Positions 29,815 to 39,220 of a DNA stretch of 64,000 bases are shown here, in pieces. This DNA comes from a phage: the sequence record PZ534534.1. One strand, written 5' to 3'. The notes beneath the pieces are model-generated. The model had not been told where the DNA came from. It worked only from the letters and a program-made list of their open reading frames with translations, and did no database searches. The translations under genes were made by a program, and so were the position numbers. The stretch's first letter is position 1. Each line of letters begins with the position of its first letter.

Positions 29815-30549
29815 ATGAACGAGTTCAGAGACCACTGTGTAGCCAACCACCTGTGGTCAGAGATACTGGAGTATGACGGTCAAAATCTTTTTTGGAAGAT
29901 AGACATTCTGGCAGGTAGCGGTGTAGGATATGTTAAAACTTCAGCAGGCTCCAGAGCTGACAAGGGGCAAGATGCTGATGGCAGGCCTGTAGTTAGTCTA
30001 GGAAAGCATTGCACTAAAGGTGCCCACGTCATAATCTGGGAAATGTTTAACGGCCCTGTACCGGAAGGGTATGAGGTTGACCACATCAAGGAGATAAGGG
30101 AAACAGGTGGTGTGGCTGATAACAGTATTCAAAATTTGCAACTACTCGAGCCCACAGATAACAAAAAGAAAAGTTGCAAGATACCTCGTAGCAACAACAA
30201 ATCTGGCAGGGTCGGGGTGCACTATTCTGAAGAAAGAGATGCATGGATAGCTCAAGGCACAGACTCTGTAGGGGAAAGGGTCTGGCTAGGCCAGTACAGA
30301 ACTTTTGAAGAGGCAGAGTGGGCAAGAAAGTTCTTCGAAGATAATGGTTTTTCGCACAAGAGTGGAAGAGCCGTGCAGTATAATAATACCAGCGGTTGCT
30401 CAGGGGTGAATTGGGATAAAACCCATGAAAGATGGGTAGCCAGAATTTATGTAGATGGTAAAAGGAAATGCCTTGGGTATTTCAAGAATAGGGACGATGC
30501 AATAGCTGCAAGAAAGAATGCTGAGAAGAAACAGGAGGGGACAGTATGA
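29815..30549 (+). CDS. HNH homing endonuclease with AP2 DNA-binding domains
   Basis: HNH core GYEVDHIKEIRETGGVADNSIQNLQLL; two AP2-like segments (GVHYSEERDAWIAQ..., GVNWDKTHERWVARIYVDGKRKCLGYFKNRDDAIAARKNAE). Free-standing between primase-helicase and DNA polymerase. Confidence 0.65.
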   Translation: MNEFRDHCVANHLWSEILEYDGQNLFWKIDILAGSGVGYVKTSAGSRADKGQDADGRPVVSLGKHCTKGAHVIIWEMFNGPVPEGYEVDHIKEIRETGGVADNSIQNLQLLEPTDNKKKSCKIPRSNNKSGRVGVHYSEERDAWIAQGTDSVGERVWLGQYRTFEEAEWARKFFEDNGFSHKSGRAVQYNNTSGCSGVNWDKTHERWVARIYVDGKRKCLGYFKNRDDAIAARKNAEKKQEGTV

Positions 30550-32969
30550 GTAATTGGTGCTTCGATCTGGAGGCCTCTGGGCTTTTGGAAGACCCAGATC
30601 TTTATTATCACTGCGGTCTGTTTAAAGAGCTGAATAAGAACCGTTTTATGCTGTTCCTTCCTCTAAATGACCGCACACACTACTCCGAGGAGGATATAGA
30701 AAAGGCCAAGAACTTCATTCTGGCAAAGAAAACTCTTTATAAAGATTTTGAAGTTCGCATAGCAGATTTTTCGGAGTTGGAAGGTTGGCTTACAGGCAAT
30801 TCCGACTGGTCACCAACAGCTTTGAACTGCCATAACTGCTACAGTTATGACTTTATGCTGATGGAAAGATTATCCGGTATTCATTTTGATATGTTCCGTG
30901 ATCCTAAATGCATGGGGACTATCAACGACCACCAGGTTAACCTGTTTGATACGTTGGCGATGAGTCGAATTTTGTGGCCTGATCGCCCTTTACCAAAAGG
31001 TTGTCCGGACTCTGTATTCAACCCGGTTACTAAGAAAATGCAGCCTGTTGGTCCTCACGGCCTTATGGCATGGGGCTACGCCCTTGGTAACCAGAAAGTT
31101 CAAATTGATGACTGGCGCGATCTTCCGTTGTGGAAGTATGTGGATCGTGTATTCGAGGACGTTATCATCCAGGAGCTGCTCTGGAAAGAGCTGGTAGCGG
31201 AATCAAAAGGTGTATTCTACGGCAAATCTGACATGCAGAACTTTATGTACGATCCTGCCAAAGAGAAGCCGAAAGGGTTCAAGAAGATCACCTGGAAGAA
31301 CGCATTACGCCGAGGCATGCTGCAGCACTTCCTGATGGAGCTGCAGGCCCGTCAGGGTGTGTATTTCGACATAGACGGGGCTATTGCTTTACGTGACCGC
31401 TGTGATGCGTGGATGAAAGAGATCGCTGATCGTGTTGAACCTCAACTTCCTTTAAAAGAGTTATCAATATCTCAGCGGCCTAAATTCCCTGAAAAGCCGT
31501 TCAACCAAGATGGGACAATTTCCAATAATGGCTGGAAATGGTTAAAAGATAAGCTTGGCTACCCTGTAGACATGAGCGCTTTAGAGTTCAAAGCCCCACC
31601 TAAGCGAGCATTTACCTCTACAGGAGATGTCAGTAAGATAGGGATAAAATGGTGTGAAGAGATGGGCTGCAAAGACCCCGATAAGATGGCTGATTTCTTG
31701 AGAGGCTATATTAAGGGCACCTCCACACCACAACCTTTACCTAAAGAGCTAATGGATCAGGCAATAAGTGATCTACAGCAGAAGCGAATGCCGGACTGCA
31801 AGATACCTATGAAAATCAGCAACCAGGACGACATTAAGCGATACCTGATCAGTGCTGGTTGGCTTCCGACAATGTGGAGAACTAAGGATGTAACTAAAGA
31901 CAGCAAGAAGAAAGCTCTACCTGATGCAGATGTTGATGCACGAGTATATGCATATATGGACGAGCTTTTAGAGTCAGAGTATTGTGACCTGATTATCAAC
32001 TTCTGGAACAAAACTGATGCTAAGTTCCAGACAACCGTGCACAAGTTCCGAAGCTTTCCTAACTCCGAAAGGATTAAAAAGGAAGTATTCGGGAAAATAC
32101 GTAGAAAAGCTAGGGCACTTATTACTTCTCCGCAACTGAAAGATACGTTTGGACACCTATGCCCGAATCTTGAAAAATTGAACGGAGAGATGGCTAAAGA
32201 TATCGTCTTGTGGTTATCATTGCGAAACCGCAGATCGGTCCTTGATCCAATCAAGGAGGATAAGGTTGATACTGGTCTTCTTAATCACCCACGTTTGAAG
32301 ATTGACCATAAGCTTCCTGCTAAAAGTTCTGGGTTAACAAACACTTCACGACAGAAACACAGTATTTGTGCAAACATGCCTAAACCATCTCCTAAAGTGG
32401 TTATGGGTAAAGAGATGCGTAGTCTGTGGGGTGTTCCTCCTGGATACTTTCAGATCGGTATTGACGGGTCCAACTTAGAGCAGCTTATCGGGGCTTGGGG
32501 TGCCTTTGAGTTCGACAACGGCTTGTATTATGATGTTGTAAGTAACGGGGACGCACACCAAAACAATGCTGAGGCATATACAAAAGTAGCAGGCAGAGAG
32601 GTGTCTCGTAACGACGGTAAACCTATCACGTATGGGGTTATGTACGGGGCACAAAAAGATAAAGTTGCAGATATGCTGGACATCTCTCCAGAGTTGGGAC
32701 AAAGGGTAATCGATGCACTTTGGGATGCCAACCCTGGTCTTAAGGGGCGTAAAGAGGATCTGGAGAAATTCTGGGAAGCAACGGGTAAGAAGTTTATCTA
32801 CTCTTTTGATGGTCATGCTATCTGGACCCGATCTAAACACTCTTTACTTAATGCATACCAACAGAATGGTGGTGCATCGCTGTGTGACTTAGTTGGGATA
32901 CTCATGCACCACCAAATGGTGAAGCGTGGGTGGTACGATGAAGGTGTCCGTCGTATTATCTATTACCAT
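30546..32969 (+). CDS. DNA polymerase, family A (T7 gp5-like), exon 1
   Basis: Exo I motif FDLEASGL at N-terminus; motif B RNDGKPITYGVMYG; FDGHAIWTRSKHSLLNAYQQNGGASLCDL parallels T7 gp5 segment before motif C; frame ends ...IIYYH then stop, inside motif C. Confidence 0.75.
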
Positions 32970-33812
32970 AAATAACATTGTGGCTTCATAGAGTGATCTA
33001 TGTCGAATAACCTCTTTAATTGACGGGAAAGCTAAGTTGACTTTTACACCTGAGTATGGTAAAAGCTCAATATGCTAATCCGCAGCGAAGACTAAAGGGG
33101 TGTAGTTAAAATGGCTAGAACAGCTGATTATCACGGGTATACCGTGTTTGATGATGGAACAATACCTTTATCGAAACGTGATCATACAACAATGTTTTGT
33201 TTTGATAATGGTAGAGGTTACCTTTGCGTAACCATGCTAATCGAGGGGAAGCAGTGCACAAAAGGTGTCCACCACCTGGTTGCTGAATGCTTTGTATCAA
33301 ACCCGGATCCTGAAAGGCTCACATGGGTGAACCATAAGGATGGGAATAAGTACAACAATGCATACTGGAACCTGGAATGGACCACCCCTGGTGGAAATAT
33401 CAAGCACGCCTATGATAATGACCTCAGAGTAAGGCCAGTTGGTGAGTATAATGCCAACGCTGTGCTGACAGAAGATGAGGTAATAGAGATTTGCGAACTG
33501 TTGCAGAGTGGTCTACGACAATGCGAGATTAGGGATCTTGGATATCCTTATGAGACCGTCAGGGCTATAAAGCAAAGAAGACAGTGGAAACATATCTCTA
33601 AAAACTACACCTGGTAGTAACGTTCAGAGACTATCGAAAGCATAGCTCCAACACAGGTTGGTGTGAAGAAGCGAGTAGAGTAGGCCAGCAAGTGCGGTCG
33701 AAATGGGAGGTGCCTTGTTACCAAGGCAGTGAGGTAGTCCGATCCATACAGGAAACTGTATGGCTATGCACGTAATGGTGCGGGGTAGCTTAACGACCTA
33801 CCTGAACAGATG
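32970..33812 (+). mobile_element. group I intron interrupting DNA polymerase motif C
   Basis: Exon 1 ends in T (cat), intron ends in G (...cagatg). Joined exons read YYH|DEYQLQV, restoring YHDE motif C. P7-like CAGAGACTA and TAGTCCGA segments lie downstream of internal ORF. Boundaries +/- a few nt. Confidence 0.6.
33111..33617 (+). CDS. intron-encoded HNH homing endonuclease
   Basis: VHHLVAECFVSNPDPERLTWVNHKDGNKYNNAYWNLEW is a typical HNH_3 signature; ORF lies inside the intron. Confidence 0.65.
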   Translation: MARTADYHGYTVFDDGTIPLSKRDHTTMFCFDNGRGYLCVTMLIEGKQCTKGVHHLVAECFVSNPDPERLTWVNHKDGNKYNNAYWNLEWTTPGGNIKHAYDNDLRVRPVGEYNANAVLTEDEVIEICELLQSGLRQCEIRDLGYPYETVRAIKQRRQWKHISKNYTW

Positions 33813-34166
33813 GATGAGTACCAACTTCAGGTCCCTGACACGCCTAAGTATAAGACTGTGTACACCTTCGACACAATTGAAGAATTGGAAGCATTTAAGG
33901 CAGAGCAGGAAGCCAAACTTCATGTGTTCGACGGTCATAAGTACAAAAAGGCACGCAAGGATGAGGACGGAAACGAAGTGGTTGACAGAGACGGAAACAC
34001 GGTGTACGATCCTATCCTGAACGATGACGGAAAGCTTGAACTTATCTGGAGCCCTGTGGGTGAAATGGTGGTGCATTGCTTCTGGCAAGCTTCTAAAATG
34101 ATGGGAGTCCCGTTCCAGATCACAGGTGAATACTTGTGTGGTCGTAATTGGGGTGATTGTCACTAA
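33813..34166 (+). CDS. DNA polymerase, family A, exon 2 (C-terminal motif C region)
   Basis: Begins DEYQLQV and ends ...GEYLCGRNWGDCH, parallel to T7 gp5 C-terminus ...GKMGPNWAICH; same frame as exon 1. Confidence 0.65.
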   Translation, partial: DEYQLQVPDTPKYKTVYTFDTIEELEAFKAEQEAKLHVFDGHKYKKARKDEDGNEVVDRDGNTVYDPILNDDGKLELIWSPVGEMVVHCFWQASKMMGVPFQITGEYLCGRNWGDCH

Positions 34167-34215
34167 TGTAAACTATCAACACATGGAAGTGTTGTTGAGC
34201 AAAGAGGAGACTTTT

Positions 34216-34500
34216 ATGGTAGTAGAACCAACAAAAACATTTACATCCATGACTATTCCTGTTATTATGCAGGTGGAGTGTGTTCAGGTATCTCAAGTGT
34301 GGCCTGGCACCAAAATCCCAACAGGGCCTGATTTCTTTCAGGTTGGGAAAGTGTACAATGTCTGGAAGGCACCAGATTGTTACCCTTTCATTAAAGATGA
34401 CCGTGGAATGTTGTGGTATCTTGGAAATGATTTGACACTGCACCTTGGGAATGCTATTATTGCAGTATTCAGACTTAACAAGAAGGAGACCGATCAATGA
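34216..34500 (+). CDS. hypothetical small protein, paralog family 1
   Basis: ATG after AAGAGGAG RBS (track start 34126 would overlap polymerase exon 2). C-terminus FFQVGKVYNVWKAP...GMLWYLG shared with next two genes. Confidence 0.5.
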   Translation: MVVEPTKTFTSMTIPVIMQVECVQVSQVWPGTKIPTGPDFFQVGKVYNVWKAPDCYPFIKDDRGMLWYLGNDLTLHLGNAIIAVFRLNKKETDQ

Positions 34501-34724
34501 CAACTTTGGTTAAAGCTACTTTTGTAGAAGAAAAGATGACAGACCTGTCCTTCTTTAAAGAAGGAAAGACCTACGAGGTTTATTACGATAAAGATCGTGC
34601 AAACAAGATGATTAAAGACGAGGAAGGGATTGCCTGGTTTATCTCCCATCTGGCAAACGGTGAGTATCATATCTACGGAACCACCCTGCTTGCCAAGTTT
34701 GTAGCTGTTGAAGAGGACCTATGA
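34497..34724 (+). CDS. hypothetical small protein, paralog family 1
   Basis: FFKEGKTYEVYYD...EEGIAWFISH...YHIYGTTLLAKF pattern shared with neighbours. Confidence 0.5.
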   Translation: MTTLVKATFVEEKMTDLSFFKEGKTYEVYYDKDRANKMIKDEEGIAWFISHLANGEYHIYGTTLLAKFVAVEEDL

Positions 34725-34915
34725 AAGTAAAGTATCTGGCTGAGGGTATGAGTAGGTATTTCACCCTTGGTGAAGAATATTGGCCCTTTACAAGCAACGG
34801 CGATGTCTACGTGAAAGATAATTTCGGCACTCCGTGGTTTCTGCACTCTAATGGGCTGGGATACTCCATTTACTGTGGTGCAGTGAACAACACAACCCTT
34901 GCAGAGTTCGTTTAG
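34721..34915 (+). CDS. hypothetical small protein, paralog family 1
   Basis: YFTLGEEYWPF...FGTPWFLHSNG...YSIYCGAV pattern shared with neighbours. Confidence 0.5.
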   Translation: MKVKYLAEGMSRYFTLGEEYWPFTSNGDVYVKDNFGTPWFLHSNGLGYSIYCGAVNNTTLAEFV

Positions 34916-34925
34916 AGGAGGTAGA

Positions 34926-35297
34926 ATGTTAGTAAAAGGTACCCACACAGTCAAACAACGTATCGAAGTTGAGATCGATGACTGTGAGCTGAAGCATATT
35001 TTACGATCATGCTCCAACGTTTTGCTCCTCAGTATTCTCCAGGAGCGAGTGGAGAACGAGTTCTTAAATGCACTGGCAGGCCGCCCTGGTGACTTCTGTG
35101 TGCGTAAGCGTGGTGACAACAAGTCATGGCTGTGGGAGATAGACGCAGAATGGGATTACCACAAAAATGAGGGTATAGATGAGCCTATTCGTGAATTGAC
35201 AGACAAAGAGGTTCAGACGTACAATGAAGTTTGTCATTGGGCAACACGCCAACAAATTTACCTCGACCCTGTGTGGCTGATTGAAAATAGTCATTGA
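34926..35297 (+). CDS. hypothetical protein (123 aa)
   Basis: ATG after GAGGAGG RBS (track start 34899 upstream in same frame). Confidence 0.5.
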   Translation: MLVKGTHTVKQRIEVEIDDCELKHILRSCSNVLLLSILQERVENEFLNALAGRPGDFCVRKRGDNKSWLWEIDAEWDYHKNEGIDEPIRELTDKEVQTYNEVCHWATRQQIYLDPVWLIENSH

Positions 35298-35322
35298 CAA
35301 GAAGTAAGATTAGATATAAGAT
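35294..35322 (+). promoter_or_regulatory. sigma70-type promoter (TTGACA-17-TAAGAT)
   Basis: Read directly upstream of 35374 gene. Confidence 0.5.
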
Positions 35323-35373
35323 GCTTCACACAAACAGAGAGTTGATTTTTAAATAATTGAGGAGACTGCTAAA

Positions 35374-35628
35374 ATGAAAATCATGTTGAAACCAGCATGC
35401 GTTGCAAATGACCGAGCTTTTAAAGATTGCACGCTTGGTGCTATTTATGAAGCAGAGTTTTGTGAGAACCCTTTAGTAAAAGCCCTTTTGGAAGAAGGGG
35501 CTCCTTTATCACAAGAAGAGATTGATGAGCTGGAAAACTCAGCCCAGTGCCTTACCTTTAAAGATGATGAAGGAGATTCTGTCTGGTGCACCGTTAACGA
35601 AGTGGTTTTTGTAAAACCTGAACATTAA
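35374..35628 (+). CDS. hypothetical small protein, paralog family 2
   Basis: KP..AFKDCT...DDEGDSVWCT pattern shared with 35692 gene. Confidence 0.55.
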   Translation: MKIMLKPACVANDRAFKDCTLGAIYEAEFCENPLVKALLEEGAPLSQEEIDELENSAQCLTFKDDEGDSVWCTVNEVVFVKPEH

Positions 35629-35631
35629 TAC

Positions 35632-35660
35632 TTGACAAGAAAGATGGGGCCAGATATAAT
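35632..35660 (+). promoter_or_regulatory. consensus sigma70 promoter (TTGACA-17-TATAAT) with -10 embedded in GATGGGGCC/GGCCCCATC palindrome
   Basis: Perfect -35 and -10 hexamers with 17-bp spacer read directly; inverted repeat brackets the -10. Confidence 0.65.
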
Positions 35661-35691
35661 GGCCCCATCTAAGAAAAAGGAGACCATAGCA

Positions 35692-35952
35692 ATGACCAAA
35701 CAATATCAACGAATTAAAGCCAAGGTTAAGCCAGACTATCTGGAGAAGGACTCCGCTTTTCGGGACTGCACAGCTGACAAAGTTTACACAGGGGCCGTCC
35801 TGTTGAACGATAAACTTGAAGTAGATGTGCTGGGTAAAGAGGCCGTTATCGAGGATGACAACGGTGACTGTGTTTTCTGCACCACACGGGAGCTAGAAGT
35901 CTTAGAATACTTCGGTGAAATCTTCAACTCCTTAGACGACGAGGAAGCGTGA
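35692..35952 (+). CDS. hypothetical small protein, paralog family 2
   Basis: ATG after AAGGAG RBS; KPDYLEKDSAFRDCT...DDNGDCVFCT pattern. Confidence 0.55.
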   Translation: MTKQYQRIKAKVKPDYLEKDSAFRDCTADKVYTGAVLLNDKLEVDVLGKEAVIEDDNGDCVFCTTRELEVLEYFGEIFNSLDDEEA

Positions 35953-36341
35953 TGAAAAATATTTGGGATATTGATATCTTTGAAGCCTCTAAGCTTGACG
36001 GTGCTGATGGAGTTATTATGGTGTCTGATGGCAAGGCAACACTAACTTCCGGAGATATCATCTATGACTTGGACGAGCTGGCGCTTCTGAAATCTACCGG
36101 TAACACTTTAGAGGAGCGTCTTCAAGGCTTCGCCTTCAAAGAAGGCACAAATACCGCCATGATGTGCACCACACGGACAGTTCAGGTTGGTAACGGTGTC
36201 TATATGATCATTGCTGTGTGTCCTAAATTCAGCAACGTCAATAAAGATGATGCTGACGCTGTCAACGATGTGGTTGTTCTCTTCGTGGGTGACGCTATGG
36301 CAGATCTGATGAATGCAGGAGAAGCAGCAAATGAAGACTGA
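35949..36341 (+). CDS. hypothetical protein (130 aa)
   Basis: ORF overlapping upstream stop. Confidence 0.5.
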   Translation: MMKNIWDIDIFEASKLDGADGVIMVSDGKATLTSGDIIYDLDELALLKSTGNTLEERLQGFAFKEGTNTAMMCTTRTVQVGNGVYMIIAVCPKFSNVNKDDADAVNDVVVLFVGDAMADLMNAGEAANED

Positions 36342-36633
36342 AAACATCACCCCAGCAGGGTTTTTAAAAGTATACCGTGAACTGCTATATACTACAGAGG
36401 ACAGTGTTCTAGAGTATCCAGAATATCTTTTGCTGTATAAGTATCTGCAGGAGGCTGGTGAAAATCTGCCAGTTAGTGCAGAAGGTGGTCCAAACTGGAT
36501 ATACAGCGCATGGAGAAAGGTTGACATTCTCCCAGACCCAGGTAAAGATATGGTAGTTTGGCAGCTTATCAACAACATCGGGATTCCAATCTTTGATGAA
36601 GCTGTTAAAATCTATTTTGAACTTGACGATTAA
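36331..36633 (+). CDS. hypothetical protein (100 aa)
   Basis: ATG after AGGAGA RBS; 11-nt overlap with upstream gene. Confidence 0.45.
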   Translation: MKTENITPAGFLKVYRELLYTTEDSVLEYPEYLLLYKYLQEAGENLPVSAEGGPNWIYSAWRKVDILPDPGKDMVVWQLINNIGIPIFDEAVKIYFELDD

Positions 36634-36650
36634 TATCAGGAGACCTTAAG

Positions 36651-36896
36651 ATGGCTGAAGCAGTTGCTCGCGCAGGACAGAAAGTACGTTGTGTGGAAGT
36701 AGGTTTTGGTGGCAAAGGGTGTCAAAACTTGACTCAAGGTAAGGAATACGCTGTTATTTCTGGTGGTGGCGACGAGAGTATTGTGTTCGAGGACCACATC
36801 CTGGATGCTGAAAACTTTGAAATCTTTGACGACGATGGGGATCCGATCACCTGCCTGCTAGACGGGAATTGGGGAACTTTTGAAGTGATTGGCTAA
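36651..36896 (+). CDS. hypothetical small protein (81 aa)
   Basis: GGAG RBS; DDDGDPITC motif loosely related to family 2. Confidence 0.5.
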   Translation: MAEAVARAGQKVRCVEVGFGGKGCQNLTQGKEYAVISGGGDESIVFEDHILDAENFEIFDDDGDPITCLLDGNWGTFEVIG

Positions 36897-36979
36897 CAAA
36901 TACCTATTGTAATTTGCAGAAGGGGATGCTAAAATAGTGTCTCCTTCTATGTTGTTCAAATAAAATCGGAGATTCCATA

Positions 36980-37345
36980 ATGGAACAAATGAACGATCAA
37001 ACGTCGGTTGCAATGAACGAGCAAGAACAACCTCAAGAATTTTTCTTAGGGTTAAGTAAAGATCAAGTGTCTCTTTTGCTAGTGCTTTCTTCTTTCATGG
37101 GAAGACTTCAGGAGCTCACACAACAACCGGAGGCTGAACAATTATTTCAGGCTCTGCGTGAAGAAGAAAAATATCGTCGTTTGGACTATGCCTTAGGTTG
37201 GGTAGCTCAACAACGAGATATGCTAATGGCCCTCTCTGGGACTACAAGTTTTGCAATGGGGCTGTTGGCTCAAGTTCAGGACAAATTAATTCAAGCAGGG
37301 TTTGCACATACGGCAAACACTAACGAAGAACAAGGAGACAAATAA
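36980..37345 (+). CDS. hypothetical protein (121 aa)
   Basis: GGAG RBS; Gln-rich. Confidence 0.5.
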   Translation: MEQMNDQTSVAMNEQEQPQEFFLGLSKDQVSLLLVLSSFMGRLQELTQQPEAEQLFQALREEEKYRRLDYALGWVAQQRDMLMALSGTTSFAMGLLAQVQDKLIQAGFAHTANTNEEQGDK

Positions 37346-38571
37346 TGAGCGTTATTCAACAATTCGCTAACCCGATGAATCCGCGTGAAACTGTTTTACT
37401 GGCTCACGGCATGATTAAACGTGTCAGCATCAAGCCTATCAAAGGTGCTGATCCTACAACAGGTATTAAAACCACTGTGTGGCAAGGTAAGAAAATTGAA
37501 TCCAGCCACACCATCTCTTTACTGATTTCTGAACTGGATTCCTCTGATAACCTGCTTCAAGGTGGTGAAGAAGTTTGGATCAGCATGGGTGATAAGCTGC
37601 TTAAACCTGGTCATCAAGACTCTGTCTCTGTTAAAATTGATGACAAGTGGGAAACCGTAACGCCGGGATGGATCGTAAATATCCCTTTGAAGGCAAACGA
37701 GCATAACGGTAAGACCTATTACAAAGGCTCACTGGCTAAGATGGTCAAGCTGGGTGCAGGAGAGGCTCCAGCAGCGACTCAGCAGCAAAAACAGCAACAA
37801 GGTGCACAATCACAAGGCCAGAAGCAGAAACCTCAGCAGAATGCCAATCAGGACGTTTTACGCATCTATGGCGATGTGACTCAGATTGTTGGCAACGTGG
37901 TTACTGTTAATGACCACAAGATTGGCGAAGGTGCTATGGTTGTAACTGATGAGCAGCTTAAAGACCTGGTGGTAGGTGGTCGTGTTGCAGCCATTGTTGA
38001 CAAAGACACCGGAAACATTATCAGTGGTTTCAAAGCCTATCCCCCTAAGGCAGAGAACGGCACTCAAGGCTCTGGTGGCAAGCGTAAATCCTCTTACGAC
38101 CCTATTGGTGTGGAGACGGGACATAGCATCAACGCGTTGCAAATCATCCTGGATCGCGGGTTTAAGGTAGACGACCCACTAGGTGTGGCTAAAACACTGC
38201 ACGTAGTCACCATTGAGCTTAAGAAAGAGTATGCTCAAGCCACCAACCGAACCGAAGATGAAGTAGGTGCCAGTGTCGGTAATGCGGTGTTGAACGCTTG
38301 TCGCCGTATTGACAAGAAAACGAAAGTTGAGGATTTTGCAGCGGCAATTACTGCAGAAGCAAAAGATGTCTTGACTAATCTGGCTGAGCCGTTGTACGAT
38401 TGGATCAAGAACGGTGCTGGGTCCACTGACCATCAAGAACCTCAAGCTGCCAAGCAGGAAGCTGCTCCACAGCAAAACACTATAGACGCTCCTCCTGTAA
38501 ATGATGAGGAAGATGACCCGATGGATCAGAATCCGGCGCAGTATGAGTTCGATGACTCGATCCCTTTCTAA
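37345..38571 (+). CDS. putative ssDNA-binding protein with SSB-type acidic C-terminal tail
   Basis: Ends ...YEFDDSIPF, mimicking bacterial SSB C-terminal tip DDDIPF; Gln/Gly-rich linker QQQKQQQGAQSQGQKQKPQQ; location in replication module. OB fold not verified. Confidence 0.45.
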   Translation: MSVIQQFANPMNPRETVLLAHGMIKRVSIKPIKGADPTTGIKTTVWQGKKIESSHTISLLISELDSSDNLLQGGEEVWISMGDKLLKPGHQDSVSVKIDDKWETVTPGWIVNIPLKANEHNGKTYYKGSLAKMVKLGAGEAPAATQQQKQQQGAQSQGQKQKPQQNANQDVLRIYGDVTQIVGNVVTVNDHKIGEGAMVVTDEQLKDLVVGGRVAAIVDKDTGNIISGFKAYPPKAENGTQGSGGKRKSSYDPIGVETGHSINALQIILDRGFKVDDPLGVAKTLHVVTIELKKEYAQATNRTEDEVGASVGNAVLNACRRIDKKTKVEDFAAAITAEAKDVLTNLAEPLYDWIKNGAGSTDHQEPQAAKQEAAPQQNTIDAPPVNDEEDDPMDQNPAQYEFDDSIPF

Positions 38572-38579
38572 GGTCAGTT

Positions 38580-39158
38580 ATGAAATGCAAACGTTGTGGG
38601 GAGGACAAGGAGGCCTCCGACTTCTATACCAGCAACAAATCAACGTGCAAAGAGTGCTGTAAGAAGGCCAGCAGGGAGGCTGACCAATTTGCTAAAGACT
38701 CTTCAGAAAAAGGTGTAATACGTGTGTTGTACAAGACTCAAAAGTGCAACAGCAAGCAAAGAGGTCACCCTCCTCCGACTTACACCAAAAAAGAGTTTAA
38801 GGAGTGGCTATACCTGAACGGTTACAAAGAGTTGTATGATCAGTGGGTAGCCAGCGGATACGACAAAAGGAAAAAGCCTTCTTGTGACAGGATAGATGAT
38901 TTCAAAGGGTACTCTTTTGATAATATCCGTTTAACGACCTGGGGAGAAAATAAAGACAAGCAGACAGAGGATATTTTGTTACATAGAAGCACCAGCGGTA
39001 GACGGTGCAAAAATGTAAGGAGGTTGGACATGAATGGCAACGTTCTTAAAGAGTGGGTATCCCACAACTCTTGCAGCAGAGAAACCGGAATATATGTTGG
39101 TTACTACATTCATGAAAAAATTCCAGCTCCCGATGGATACCTCTATGAATACTTCTAA
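38580..39158 (+). CDS. putative endonuclease-like protein with N-terminal zinc ribbon
   Basis: N-terminal CxxC...CxxC (CKRCGED...CKECCKK); CDRIDDFKGYSFDNIRL resembles DRID-type His-Me finger motif. Weak. Confidence 0.35.
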   Translation: MKCKRCGEDKEASDFYTSNKSTCKECCKKASREADQFAKDSSEKGVIRVLYKTQKCNSKQRGHPPPTYTKKEFKEWLYLNGYKELYDQWVASGYDKRKKPSCDRIDDFKGYSFDNIRLTTWGENKDKQTEDILLHRSTSGRRCKNVRRLDMNGNVLKEWVSHNSCSRETGIYVGYYIHEKIPAPDGYLYEYF

Positions 39159-39173
39159 CATCTAGTTAACATA

Positions 39174-39203
39174 GCCCTGCCCGAAATGGTGGGGCATTTT
39201 TGT
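39174..39203 (+). terminator. rho-independent terminator (near-identical to 26878 copy)
   Basis: GCCCTGCCCGAAATGGTGGGGC hairpin followed by ATTTTTG. Confidence 0.55.
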
Positions 39204-39220
39204 ATAAGGAGATCTGAAAA

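Noticed and set aside
31757-32840. Minus-strand ORFs of 165 and 121 aa inside DNA polymerase exon 1
   Set aside because: Antisense to a gene with clear family-A polymerase motifs.
32970-33812. Intein interpretation of the polymerase interruption
   Set aside because: In-frame stop codons occur immediately after the exon 1 boundary and within the insert, and the insert has intron-like P7 elements and a free-standing ORF with its own start; protein splicing is excluded.
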